Part shown: piece by piece, positions 53,401 through 64,000 of the stretch | Position numbering within the stretch: position 1 is the stretch's first letter | How the letters are laid out: the number at the start of each line of letters is the position of its first letter | DNA from: Octopus bimaculoides | Lineage: Eukaryota | DNA length: 64,000 nucleotides | Direction: 5' to 3' | Assembly (NCBI RefSeq): GCF_001194135.2 | Contig: NC_068991.1 | Span: 75,614,696-75,678,695 of the forward strand | The notes under the pieces: generated by a model | Told to the model about the DNA's origin: nothing | Databases searched by the model: none | Seen by the model: only the letters and a program-made list of their open reading frames with translations | Position numbers and translations under genes: made by a program

Positions 53401-54009
53401 ACTTTTAGAGCGTTTGCGCGGTACTGATGTTTCTATTGGTAAGTTACAAGGATCAGAGGGCAAGAAGCATTTAATAGGTATCTACATAACTATGGAAACA
53501 TTAAACTGATAAAGGCATAAGGATTGAAATCCAATCTAATGAATATACCTTGTCAAACGATATTAGGTCAAGGGGCTATTATCGATCATATGATTGGAGA
53601 TTCAGTAAATATCTCAAGTGAAGAATCAGCTGAAAGTATGTAATGAAAATGTCGATTCTTTAAAGCTGAACAATGATATTTTTTTTCAATACTGTCTCAA
53701 AATATCAGGCCATACAGAAGTGTGGATAGCATTGACGCCACACGGAAAGACATAAAGAAGAAATTATCCACTTCAGTTGTTTATCAAATCGCCTCGGGAG
53801 TTGGAACTACTTCGACATGGACAAACTACTTGGACAAACTCGTTTGGCGATCTCTACAAATATTAACTAATAATAAGAGAAATACTAACTATTAGTAAGA
53901 ACGAATTGGAAGTTTTTGATAGCAAGATTAAATTTAACACACATTATATCAAACTTCCCTTTATTCTAAACATGCTAATTTCCTAGAATTTGCACTGTCC
54001 ATGCTTCAA

Positions 54010-54390
54010 AGACACTTCCTTTACGCCATCTCTCTCAATCCCGTTCGGCTAACCAAAGTAAAACATTTAACTGATCGTCTGAACACGTGAAGCAAACTCA
54101 TGCTAAACAATACCTTTATGACAATAAAAAGATGACAAGCATCTCATCCTTTGAGCGAATTTGATGCTCACTCTTTGATCCACTACGACGACCGCTTTGT
54201 TGTTTCTACATCGCAGCCGTTCATCTGCAATTCCTCATGGGTTATGCCAAATCTCAGAAAGTTTTCGTCAGTATTCCATCAAACAGTTCCTAATTTATTG
54301 TGTTGCGGTTTTCTTATTGCTTATGCGGTTTTCTTATTGCAGATGCGGCAAGAAATTTGCAGCAACTATTAACACCCGCCTTCAAAAATG
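54010..54390 (-). mobile_element. Mariner central (catalytic N-half) remnant
   Basis: VAANFLPHL; NTDENFLRFGIT..GCDVETTKRSS*W; KGIV*HEF..VQTIS*MFY; contains a 19-bp internal tandem duplication. Confidence 0.75.
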
Positions 54391-55422
54391 AGAAGCACAT
54401 TGGCTTATGCAGTTCTTGATAAACCTTGCACCTTTAATTGAAGTACCTGATTAACATGTCGTAGGTAATTTGTCTTGAAAGAACTTTCGTTCATTCGATT
54501 AGAGGATTCGAACGTTCAGACTGAAATCTCTTGATCCCCTCAAACACAACCCATATTTGGTGGCTGGCTACCATTATGTTGAAACTGGTAGACGTTGCAC
54601 GCATTACTCCTCAATCTTAGTTTATATTAAAAGAGAAATGGATAATTTTAGTGTATATCAAAACTGACAGATCTAGAATATCTCAAGAAATACTTATATA
54701 TCCTATACAAAGTACTTATATTAAATTTGTCGAGTTTTCCCAGTGAGAATTTAGATAGTTAAATAGGCATGCATTACATAGATGAGTTTCTAAAGGTTGC
54801 AATATCCTCTAGTGGGGAGGGGGCCTTATCAAATGTTCCTATGATGATAGAAAATATTTACAGAGCTAGAACATATCAAGAATGTTTATGCAGAAAAATT
54901 ACTTCATATATTACAAGTGATATGAAATCTCTTAGATGTTTTCTCTTTGAAGTTTACTTTAGATATTAGAAACTTAATGCATGAGTAATCGTGTAGAATA
55001 CGTTGGTAATAGTTTAGTATGGGAGAAAGAAGTGAGCTAGTGCAGAAAGGAGAATGCTGTATAAAAGGAGGATAGGACTTAGCTCCATCATCCAGAGATC
55101 GAATCCAGAGATCGAATCTAGCCGGACTCAAACCTTTCATTTGATGTACCATTTGATGATAAATAAAATAACCATAATACGGAAAAGTTACGTCTTCTCG
55201 CAAAAAAGTGAAAAAATAAACATGCATTGTGTACATATATGTGTGTGTGTGTGTGTGTATGCTTGTTGCCTGGATATACTTATTCTTAATCCCCTCAGAT
55301 TGCAGATACTATTTCTGAATCTCTTTGACTCTTTAGATGTGCTGGCCTCCTGATAATTAATCGATATTAATTAATATATGATTAATTACCAGATTTTATT
55401 ATATATATATATATATATATAT

Positions 55423-56366
55423 NNNNNNNNNNNNNNNNNNNNNNNNNNNNNNNNNNNNNNNNNNNNNNNNNNNNNNNNNNNNNNNNNNNNNNNNNNNNNN
55501 NNNNNNNNNNNNNNNNNNNNNNNNNNNNNNNNNNNNNNNNNNNNNNNNNNNNNNNNNNNNNNNNNNNNNNNNNNNNNNNNNNNNNNNNNNNNNNNNNNNN
55601 NNNNNNNNNNNNNNNNNNNNNNNNNNNNNNNNNNNNNNNNNNNNNNNNNNNNNNNNNNNNNNNNNNNNNNNNNNNNNNNNNNNNNNNNNNNNNNNNNNNN
55701 NNNNNNNNNNNNNNNNNNNNNNNNNNNNNNNNNNNNNNNNNNNNNNNNNNNNNNNNNNNNNNNNNNNNNNNNNNNNNNNNNNNNNNNNNNNNNNNNNNNN
55801 NNNNNNNNNNNNNNNNNNNNNNNNNNNNNNNNNNNNNNNNNNNNNNNNNNNNNNNNNNNNNNNNNNNNNNNNNNNNNNNNNNNNNNNNNNNNNNNNNNNN
55901 NNNNNNNNNNNNNNNNNNNNNNNNNNNNNNNNNNNNNNNNNNNNNNNNNNNNNNNNNNNNNNNNNNNNNNNNNNNNNNNNNNNNNNNNNNNNNNNNNNNN
56001 NNNNNNNNNNNNNNNNNNNNNNNNNNNNNNNNNNNNNNNNNNNNNNNNNNNNNNNNNNNNNNNNNNNNNNNNNNNNNNNNNNNNNNNNNNNNNNNNNNNN
56101 NNNNNNNNNNNNNNNNNNNNNNNNNNNNNNNNNNNNNNNNNNNNNNNNNNNNNNNNNNNNNNNNNNNNNNNNNNNNNNNNNNNNNNNNNNNNNNNNNNNN
56201 NNNNNNNNNNNNNNNNNNNNNNNNNNNNNNNNNNNNNNNNNNNNNNNNNNNNNNNNNNNNNNNNNNNNNNNNNNNNNNNNNNNNNNNNNNNNNNNNNNNN
56301 NNNNNNNNNNNNNNNNNNNNNNNNNNNNNNNNNNNNNNNNNNNNNNNNNNNNNNNNNNNNNNNNNN
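55423..56366. other. Assembly gap (N)
   Basis: N run. Confidence 0.99.
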
Positions 56367-56445
56367 AACATGCATTGTGTACATATATGTGTGTGTGTGT
56401 GTGTGTGTGTGCGTGTTTTTATGTTTTTATGTCTGTCTTTGTTTC

Positions 56446-56632
56446 CCCAACATCGCTTGACAACCGATGCTTATGTATTTACGTCCCCGTAAATTTGCGG
56501 CTCGACAAATGTGACCGATAGAATAAATTCTAGGCTTACAGAGAATAAGTTCTGGGGTCAATTTGCTCGACTAAAAGCGTATCCACACCATAGCCGCAGT
56601 CAAATAACTGAAACAAGTAAAAGAATAAACGA
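56446..56632 (+). mobile_element. SINE-like family S3 copy
   Basis: catcgcttgacaaccgatgc...tttacgtccccgt...ggggtcaatttgctcgactaaaag...actgaaacaagtaaaagaataaa. Confidence 0.85.
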
Positions 56633-56704
56633 ATATATATAAGACCTCAGTATTATGTAAATAGAGGAATTTATCTATAATATGTGACATTTATTCGGTT
56701 GCCA

Positions 56705-56767
56705 TAATAAAACTCCGAGTTTTGGATGTCGGAGCGGAAATCTGCTCCGACATCTCGTCAGTTATTA
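56705..56767 (-). ncRNA. Minimal type-I hammerhead motif (family C) with 11-bp stem II; G12 mutated
   Basis: UAAUAA-CUGACGA-GAUGUCGGAGC(AGAUUUCC)GCUCCGACAUC-C-AAA-ACUC(G)GAGU-U-UUAUUA; all three stems pair, and CGAAAC to CAAAAC fits CpG decay. Confidence 0.7.
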
Positions 56768-56774
56768 AGACAAT

Positions 56775-56885
56775 CAAAAATTGCTATGAAAATGACCGTT
56801 AAATAAAGGGAAATTACTATGTAAATGACCGTTATTAAGGCAAATAAAAGAGCTATTAGAATGACTGTTAAATAAAGGGAAAAGA
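56775..56885. repeat. Short degenerate tandem repeat (aatgaccgtta...aaataaaggg units)
   Basis: aatgaccgtta / aatgactgtta recurs three times. Confidence 0.7.
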
Positions 56886-57737
56886 CCCTTAGAATTCGTG
56901 CATGCGCGTGTGTACATATATGCACATGTGCGCTCGCACACATGTATATGTTTATAGTTATATAAGATCCATTAGAGTCAAAGCACATCAACACGCCAGA
57001 CGCCAGAAATGGCTACGTGTAATAACACAGGGCAAAGAAATCATAAAGGTGTAATGTGTTTATGTGGTTATAGGTAGTGTAGATATGTAAGTACCAGATC
57101 CAATATAAAGCGTATATCTGGTTCAAGACTGGTTCTAGGTGAGGCGTTGATATAAAGAAGAATACAATGGAGTTTTGATTTTCCGACTGCTGTTTCTATA
57201 AAACTTTACCGATGTATTCATGGATTATATTGTAACAAAAATCCACCCCATTTTAAACTTTTTTAATTTAAGAATTTTAAATAGGTATAAAACAGATGAA
57301 TTAAAAACCTCTGTGATGACATGTCCAATAACATATTGGATAAGTGGTACTTTAGAAAAGAATATTCGAATTTATAGAGAAATTAGAAGAATGAAGGGCA
57401 TGCTAGAGGCAAAAAGCATCGAACGACTCCATTATTTCAAACAATTATGCTAATTCGTTGATAGCGATAACTTGCTATAAAGAAATACAAGAAACATAGA
57501 CAAGCTGCAGCCAAACTATGTAAATCATGAAAGCCAGGACGATATCTTGTCAAGCCTCGTGGTAGAAGAAACTCACATAACCAACGTCGCTTTTTCGCAC
57601 TCTTAAACACACACATATACAGACACCCAAATGCACACACGCACACACACATACACACACACACTTGTACATACGTATACATACAAACGTACTCATATAT
57701 GCACACATACACACGTACACACACAATCAAGCACACA

Positions 57738-57772
<35 letters not shown>

Positions 57773-57859
57773 CCACACATATTTATATACACATACATAC
57801 AGGCATACATACATGTATACATACATATATGTGTAAACACACCCAGACACACGCACATA

Positions 57860-58690
57860 ATGTATTAAAATCATTAATAAATGGAGTCTCAAATATCATA
57901 TCACACCTCTCTATTACTGAGAATATGTTTGACGCCTATGTTCTCCACTAACGAGGCCTTAATAAAAGCAGGTTATCGACTAAGCCTCTCCTCCGCGACT
58001 AGTAAATAGCGAGATCATACAATATATGGCTGCAAGAGCAAAAACACACACAGAAATACAATTACGTACCATACTACAAAATAACTAAAAAAATATAAGA
58101 AATCAAACACTTCTGAATGGAAAGAATAAGAATGTAAACGTTAAACATTATGCGGCTTCCCATAATGTGAACTTGCACAATGTAGATTCTACTGATAATA
58201 GTAACTCTCATCACAACATTCGTTATCATGATAATAATACCGACATAATGAAGTTATTGAGGAAAGATTAAACGAATGTTAGTAATCTTACTAATATTAA
58301 AACTGATACTAATAGTTCTGGTATTGATATTCGTAATAAACATAGATGTATTGAACATTAACAATAACAATGAATGTATTGTAAAATTTGCCGACACTAA
58401 TGTTATTTATACTAATGGTTATAATAGCACTAGCGGTCTAAAAACAAATAATAACACTATGAATATGTATAGCAGCACGAATAAACTTGATGGTACCATT
58501 AAAGTACACAAATGTAAATGCTGCAAGTCCAAAAGCCAACCGAGATGGCGCAATATTGACATAATCTGGTTTAATCCACCATGGAAAGCCAATATTATTA
58601 CGGAACTTTTTCATAGGTTATTTGCTTCCTTTGAGAGAACAAATTCACTACCAAAAAATATTGCCACATCTTTAATAACTGTAAGATAAG
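57860..58690 (+). mobile_element. Penelope-like element RT thumb and linker remnant
   Basis: LKSLINGVSNIISHLSITENMFD; frameshifted NEALIKAGY (57950-57976); N-rich low-complexity stretch; RNIDIIWFNPPW. Confidence 0.75.
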
Positions 58691-58812
58691 AATTTCATTT
58701 TTCATCTTTACCTAGTCTAGAAATACGTATAGCAGACACAGATAGGCGTAATATGGCCACAGCCTTTCAGAATACAAATAGCAGTACTGATAATAATAAT
58801 GACAATAATAAT

Positions 58813-59085
58813 GAACATGTATGATAATCGACATAGCAAGCTCCTGTGACATTAGGAGCATGTGAAAGAAGAAGAAAAAATAAACAATTATGACGATTTG
58901 AAGCGGAAACACGAAGGTTGTGGTCAATGAAGAGAATAGTCGTGATACCAATAGTAATTGGTGCTTTCGGAAGTATCAGCACTCAACTACGAAAATGGCT
59001 AAAAGAGATTAGTGCAAGGAATAAATCCAACAAAAATCAGCATTGCTTGGAACTGCTTGGAACAACAAGGAAATTTATGAACTTT
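58813..59085 (+). mobile_element. R4/Dong endonuclease C-terminal remnant
   Basis: TCMIIDIASSCDIRS..KKINNYDDLK, then LWSMKRIVVIPIVIGAFGSIS..LRKWL..LLGTTRK; preceded by (AAT)-rich sequence. Confidence 0.8.
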
Positions 59086-59109
59086 GAATGTACAAGAGTA
59101 TAAATAAGC

Positions 59110-59470
59110 ATAAAATAGTGTAAATAACTAAAATAAAGTATATCTAAATAACATTTTTACCGTAATAATTTTTATGTAGTGGTCGACGGAAGCTCTGGCT
59201 TTCATTAGGTGTGATCCACATAACCATCCACGATACAGAGGCGGAGAACCTATTTCAGTTCGGCTGTGAATCATCATCACATGTTACTTAGTTACAAACA
59301 CATGGTGTCATATAGCTGCAATGGAATGCTGTATTACCAACAATAATATGATTTCTCTAAGACATCACCCAGTAATGTATTAAGTCCATTTACACATTTC
59401 TTAATACATACAGCTGTTATGACTTCCTTCGCTCACTTTATGCTTCCATCGTAGATGGGTAGATTTGCTA
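59110..59470 (+). mobile_element. Penelope-like 3' end, homologue of 26960-27295
   Basis: Collinear blocks gtggtcgacggaagctctggctttc...catcacatgt...catcgtagatgggtagatttgctag. Confidence 0.85.
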
Positions 59471-59929
59471 GCGATGATGATAATTGCAACCTTAGCACTG
59501 ACTACCTTGACTATAGTAATAACCACCATGTCATCATACTTCAATTTAAAGTGCTGACTGTAGCAACCAGGCAGCCAGCATTAGCAGTCATTATGTTGTC
59601 TTGTCTGTCAGCCGACTACTTCAACGTCTAAATACATTACCTCAATATGCAGCAGTACTGGCTACTCTTATAAGCAGCAGCAGTGTCAGACAATGCAGAG
59701 AAAAAATTAACCATAACACTGATAGTGGGGCGACCGACCCCAATAACATCCGCATCGATTCTAGTGTAAATGAACATTATGTAGCTATTAATAACCATGG
59801 CAACTGTTTTAATTTGTACCGTTCGAACGGTAGTGCCGTGACTGGTGATGATAACTCCACTGTCTCCTATGAAACCCTGGATAATTCGGATAATCATATC
59901 GGGTCTAACAATGGCTATCACGCTCTGCG

Positions 59930-60165
59930 TTTCTTGAATAATACTAGAAGCACTATTGCCCATAAATTTCCTAAATTATGTAATGATGAAATGAAATTTC
60001 CGTGTTCTCTAAATAATTTATGCGTCACTAAAATTATTATCTCTAGATGTGACATAATAACTAACCTGAACACTTTTACCGGCATCGGGTTCACTTCTTA
60101 CAAATTCACAAAGCGATTATATAATAAATTTTCTTCTTTCAATTATCGTAATAGGGGCTAAGGTT
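59930..60165 (+). mobile_element. Penelope-like GIY-YIG N-half remnant
   Basis: NNTRSTIAHKFPKLCN..PCSLNNLCVTKIII.RCDIITN...GIGFTSYKFTKRLYNKFSSF resembles CPL...C..K.IIY...YIG.T...FK.R.YNH.SSF. Confidence 0.7.
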
Positions 60166-60659
60166 ACATCACTATCGGAAAAAATATGGAAATTAAATGA
60201 CAAAAATTAGATTACAAATTGCCTGGAGCGCAATAAATCATGCATTATCTTACACAAATGATACGTACATGTGTACCCTATTCCTGCGCTGAATTATAAG
60301 TTTAATGTACGTAGGGTGAAATATATTTCATACTTTAAACCAGTTACCTCAAATAAAACTTCTCGGGTTCTATTTTGCAAACTCGCCAACATAGTTAAGT
60401 ATATCATTTAAATCTTTAAGCATTGTTTGAATCGTATGTTACATAATGCATTCCATCTCCTTATTACCCATTCTCATTATATTTTTTGCAACCTATATGC
60501 TTTATGCATAATGAAATATTTGATTATCCGGTGTGTGAACTCCTACCTCTCTATTATTCGCCCACGACTTCTTATATATAATGCTTATATTTCTTTATTT
60601 TATACCATTTGGTTTCTATCTCTATATTTACACATTTACACAGGTATATAAATTTTTAG

Positions 60660-60670
60660 CTGTGTGTGAG

Positions 60671-60735
<65 letters not shown>

Positions 60736-60913
60736 AGATATATATATATGCGTATATGCGTGTGTCCACGCATAAGCAAAGGCCTGTATACGAGTTCGTG
60801 CGTGTATAATGTATGTATATATGCAAATGCACATATATGTGTATTCGTAAATGTGCATATATGCATGTACATATATATATTTACGCATATATGTATGTGT
60901 GTAAGTGTGCGTG

Positions 60914-60946
<33 letters not shown>

Positions 60947-61070
60947 GTATATTGCGTGTATGTTTGTAAATATACATATGTGTATGCATGTATATATACA
61001 TATATTTGTGAATATGTGTGTACGTATGTATGTGAATGTGTCTATATATATATAGACATGCGGATAAGTG
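60660..61070. repeat. (TA)/(TG) compound low-complexity region
   Basis: Directly visible; explains five overlapping ORFs. Confidence 0.95.
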
Positions 61071-61641
61071 TGTATGAGTGCATCGGTCTCAACGTGTGTG
61101 CGTGTACGAGCGTGAAAAGTACTTACAGTTTTAAGAGTTTCTGCTGCCCCGAGGTCTGCTTTCTTTTATGTCACTTAACCGACAAGGTATCATCCTAGTT
61201 TTAAAGACTTACATGTCTTGGCTACAGCTTGTCTATGTTCCTTGCATTTCTTCATAACAAGATATCGCTATCAACTAATTAAGGTAATTGTTTGAAATAA
61301 TAGAGTCGTTTGATCTCTTTGCCTCTCGCATGCCCATTACATTTCTCATTTCTCTATACATTCGAATGCACTTTTCTAAAATACCACTTATCCAATACGT
61401 TATTGGAAACGTCATCATCGAGGTTTTTAATTCACCTCTTTATGCCACTTTAAAATTTTACCTGAAGATGGGGAATTTGTTATGAAGTAATCGATGCTTC
61501 AGATGCCAAGATATCAAAAATTGTCAAAGTGTAGTACAGCGGTTTTACAATAGAATGGTGAAAATATTTTTTCGCTTTCTGAAAAAGCAACGTTTTGGAC
61601 TTACGACACATATATACATGCATGCATACTTATATATATAT

Positions 61642-62045
61642 ATACTAGGTCATCAAGTATGAAATTTGTAGTAACGTATATGGTAAACTGGGACAGATGC
61701 TCATTTTGCGCCATTATTATATTTTGACAATCTTTATTTTTTGTTAGAAAGCTGACACACATTTCTTTATTCTAACTTATTTTGCGCTTTATGAAGTATT
61801 TATAAATCGTTTTTTGCTGTTTTTGTTTAGAGATGGATTCGTGCAGTTTTTGGAATGTGAGTTCTTTCTTGGAAATACAGCATCACACACAGCTCGGAAT
61901 ATTAATGGAGTATTTCATTCTAATGTTATTACACAGCAGACAATATCAAATTGGTTTGCAAAATTTCGTTCTGGTAACTTTGACCTCACAAATGAGAAAC
62001 GTCGTCGACCAGAAACCAAGGTGAATAATGACGAACTGAAATGGT
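61642..62045 (+). mobile_element. Mariner (Hsmar1/SETMAR-like) 5' remnant
   Basis: EFFLGNTASHTARNINGVF..TQQTISNWFAKFRSGNFDLTNEKRRRPETKVNNDELK. Confidence 0.9.
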
Positions 62046-62124
62046 TTTAGTGGAGTGAAGCGATCCCAATACTTATTTATAGTCGGGAACTAATTCTATC
62101 GGCCACGTTTGTCAAGCAGCTAAG

Positions 62125-62275
62125 TTAGAGTCGATGAAATGCCTCCCCCAGTACGCAATTGGTACTTAATTTATCGACCCCGAAAGGATGAAAGGCAAAG
62201 TCGACCTCGGCGGAATTTGAAATCAGAGCATAACGGCAGACGAAATAACGCTAAGCATTTCGCCCAGCCTACTAA
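62125..62275 (-). mobile_element. SINE family S2 copy (5' end abuts the next copy)
   Basis: ggtacttaatttatcgaccccgaaaggatgaaaggcaaagtcgacctcggcggaatttgaa. Confidence 0.9.
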
Positions 62276-62279
62276 AGTT

Positions 62280-62515
62280 TCTTATTTCTTTATTGCCCAC
62301 AAGGGGCTAAATATAGAGGGGACAAACAAGGACAGATAAAGGAATTAAGTCGATTACATCGACCCCATTGCGTAATTGGTACTTAATTTATCGACTCGAA
62401 AGGATGAAAGGCAAAGTCCATCTCGGCGGAATTTGAACTCAGAATGTAACGGCAGACGAAATACCTCTAAGCATTTCGCCCGGCGTGCTAATGTTTCTGC
62501 CAGCTCGCCGCCTTA
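62280..62515 (-). mobile_element. SINE family S2, full-length copy with tail
   Basis: From the tail tttcttatttctttattgccc to the head ctgccagctcgccgcctta. Confidence 0.9.
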
Positions 62516-63367
62516 ATGCGTGTAAATATTGGATTAAAAAGCAATTTGGATGAGAAAAAAGAATCAAAGACGGTTATCGGATTCGAATCCATATCGCCTG
62601 TAAACGTAGCAGGCGTTTTACCATTGGACCAAAGTAACGATTCGAATTGCTTTAGCCACTTTAAAGACTTTATTCATGTTAGCGAGAACTGTATGTTTTG
62701 GAAGACACAAGGGAACTTGAAATATAGAATATAAATATTTATTATGTGTAATTATTAATGCATTAAGCAATACATAATACAGATACTGTTTCTTTTAATA
62801 TGGTGCGGCATATGAATTAAACAGGCTCGTAAATTATTAAATGACAGTGATGATGAAGACATTCGTGTCAATTCCGTCGTTGGTGCGAAGTTTATATTAA
62901 TCATCAATATATTTGGTTCTGAGAAGGAGCTTCCGCAACTGTAAGTCGGCACCATGTAGTAGTATAGAAAGCAGAAGAAACGCTGGAAAATTTACGAGCG
63001 TATTTCTTTAATTTGCGGGGTTAGAATTAAACTTTGAGAAGAGGAAGGAATGATGTAGTGCTCAGTTTATCTAAAAGAAAGAACGAAACCTATTCAACGA
63101 ATTTCTTCAAGACTAATTACTTTTCGGAAACTTACTATTTTATAATCTCACAACGAGAGATATTCAGCAACAGTACTTTGGAGTAAAGGTTGTTTGCCAA
63201 CATAACATGGCAGTCCTGGTTTAGGACAAATGTTGCTGTAATTTAGCTCCGGGAGACATCGTCTCCAGCTGGCTATACGACACGATCTGCGTCCTTACAT
63301 TTTTCCAACAAGGGAATTGTTTGAAGCTGAGTGGTGCTGCTATATATATATATATATATATATATAT

Positions 63368-63454
63368 NNNNNNNNNNNNNNNNNNNNNNNNNNNNNNNNN
63401 NNNNNNNNNNNNNNNNNNNNNNNNNNNNNNNNNNNNNNNNNNNNNNNNNNNNNN
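63368..63454. other. Assembly gap (N)
   Basis: N run. Confidence 0.99.
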
Positions 63455-63489
63455 ATAGATAGATAGATAGATAGATGCGTGTAATTGAT

Positions 63490-63628
63490 AGGCTTCCACA
63501 TAGTTTCTACTAAATCGTTCAGAAAGCATTTGTCACCCGGCGATGCAAGAGAAGAAACTTGCTGCAAGTGCTGCGCAGGAGGATTGAACCAGAAACCTCT
63601 TGGTTACAAAGCGAGCTTCTTAACCGCA
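63490..63628 (-). mobile_element. SINE family S1-like, decayed copy
   Basis: ggcttccacatagtttc...gcgcaggaggattgaacc...gcttcttaaccgca. Confidence 0.6.
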
Positions 63629-63760
63629 TTTTAAACTTCCCTCTTCATTCTCTCTGTTTTACTCTATACACACACATGTACACACGCACATACACACACA
63701 TACACAGATACATACTACACATGCATATATCTATATATGTATGTATATATATATATATAC

Positions 63761-63889
63761 GACGGGCTTCTTTCAGTTTTCGTTTACTAAATCTGGAGCT
63801 ATAGTAGAAGACACTTTTCTAAGATGCTGCAAAGTGGAACCGAACTTGGAGCAATGTAGTTGGGACTAAAACGTACCGCACAACCACAG
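63761..63889 (-). mobile_element. SINE family S1, internally deleted copy
   Basis: gacgggcttctttcagttttcgttt...ctatagtagaagacactt...gtggaaccgaac. Confidence 0.75.
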
Positions 63890-64000
63890 ATGAACACACG
63901 CATATATATAATGAGCAAGAGACAGAGAAGAAAAGGGAGAGAGAGATTTATACAGATTTGAACCATGTGTTTTGTCGTAATGTGCTTATTCTGTGTACTG

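Noticed and set aside
57220-57560. Possible RTE linker (YREIRRMKG..AK)
   Set aside because: Similarity too weak to call
59601-60161. 186-aa ORF as a novel gene
   Set aside because: The N-terminal two-thirds is degenerate trinucleotide sequence and the C-terminus is a Penelope GIY-YIG remnant

Overview
AT-rich eukaryotic genomic DNA from a gapped draft assembly. Microsatellites are dense and most N-gaps sit inside or beside (TA)n. The repeat families look like those of an octopod cephalopod; this is inferred from repeat style and not verified. I cannot confidently call any host protein-coding gene: the long ORFs in the track are microsatellite or N translations or transposon remnants, and four weak minus-strand exon candidates are listed at low confidence. 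The window is mostly transposon debris: several tRNA-derived SINE families, mariner, RTE, CR1/L2-group, R4/Dong, Penelope-like (GIY-YIG) and Helitron remnants, plus MITE-like fold-backs. The most interesting signal is five minimal type-I hammerhead-ribozyme motifs from three sequence families. One family is fused behind a tRNA-like Pol III head (33585-33875). The same family also occurs as an inverted dimer inserted with a 12-bp target-site duplication into a mariner remnant (52453-52862). Together these suggest a non-autonomous, Penelope-mobilised ribozyme SINE or retrozyme. All protein-family assignments come from motif recognition by eye; no searches were run.
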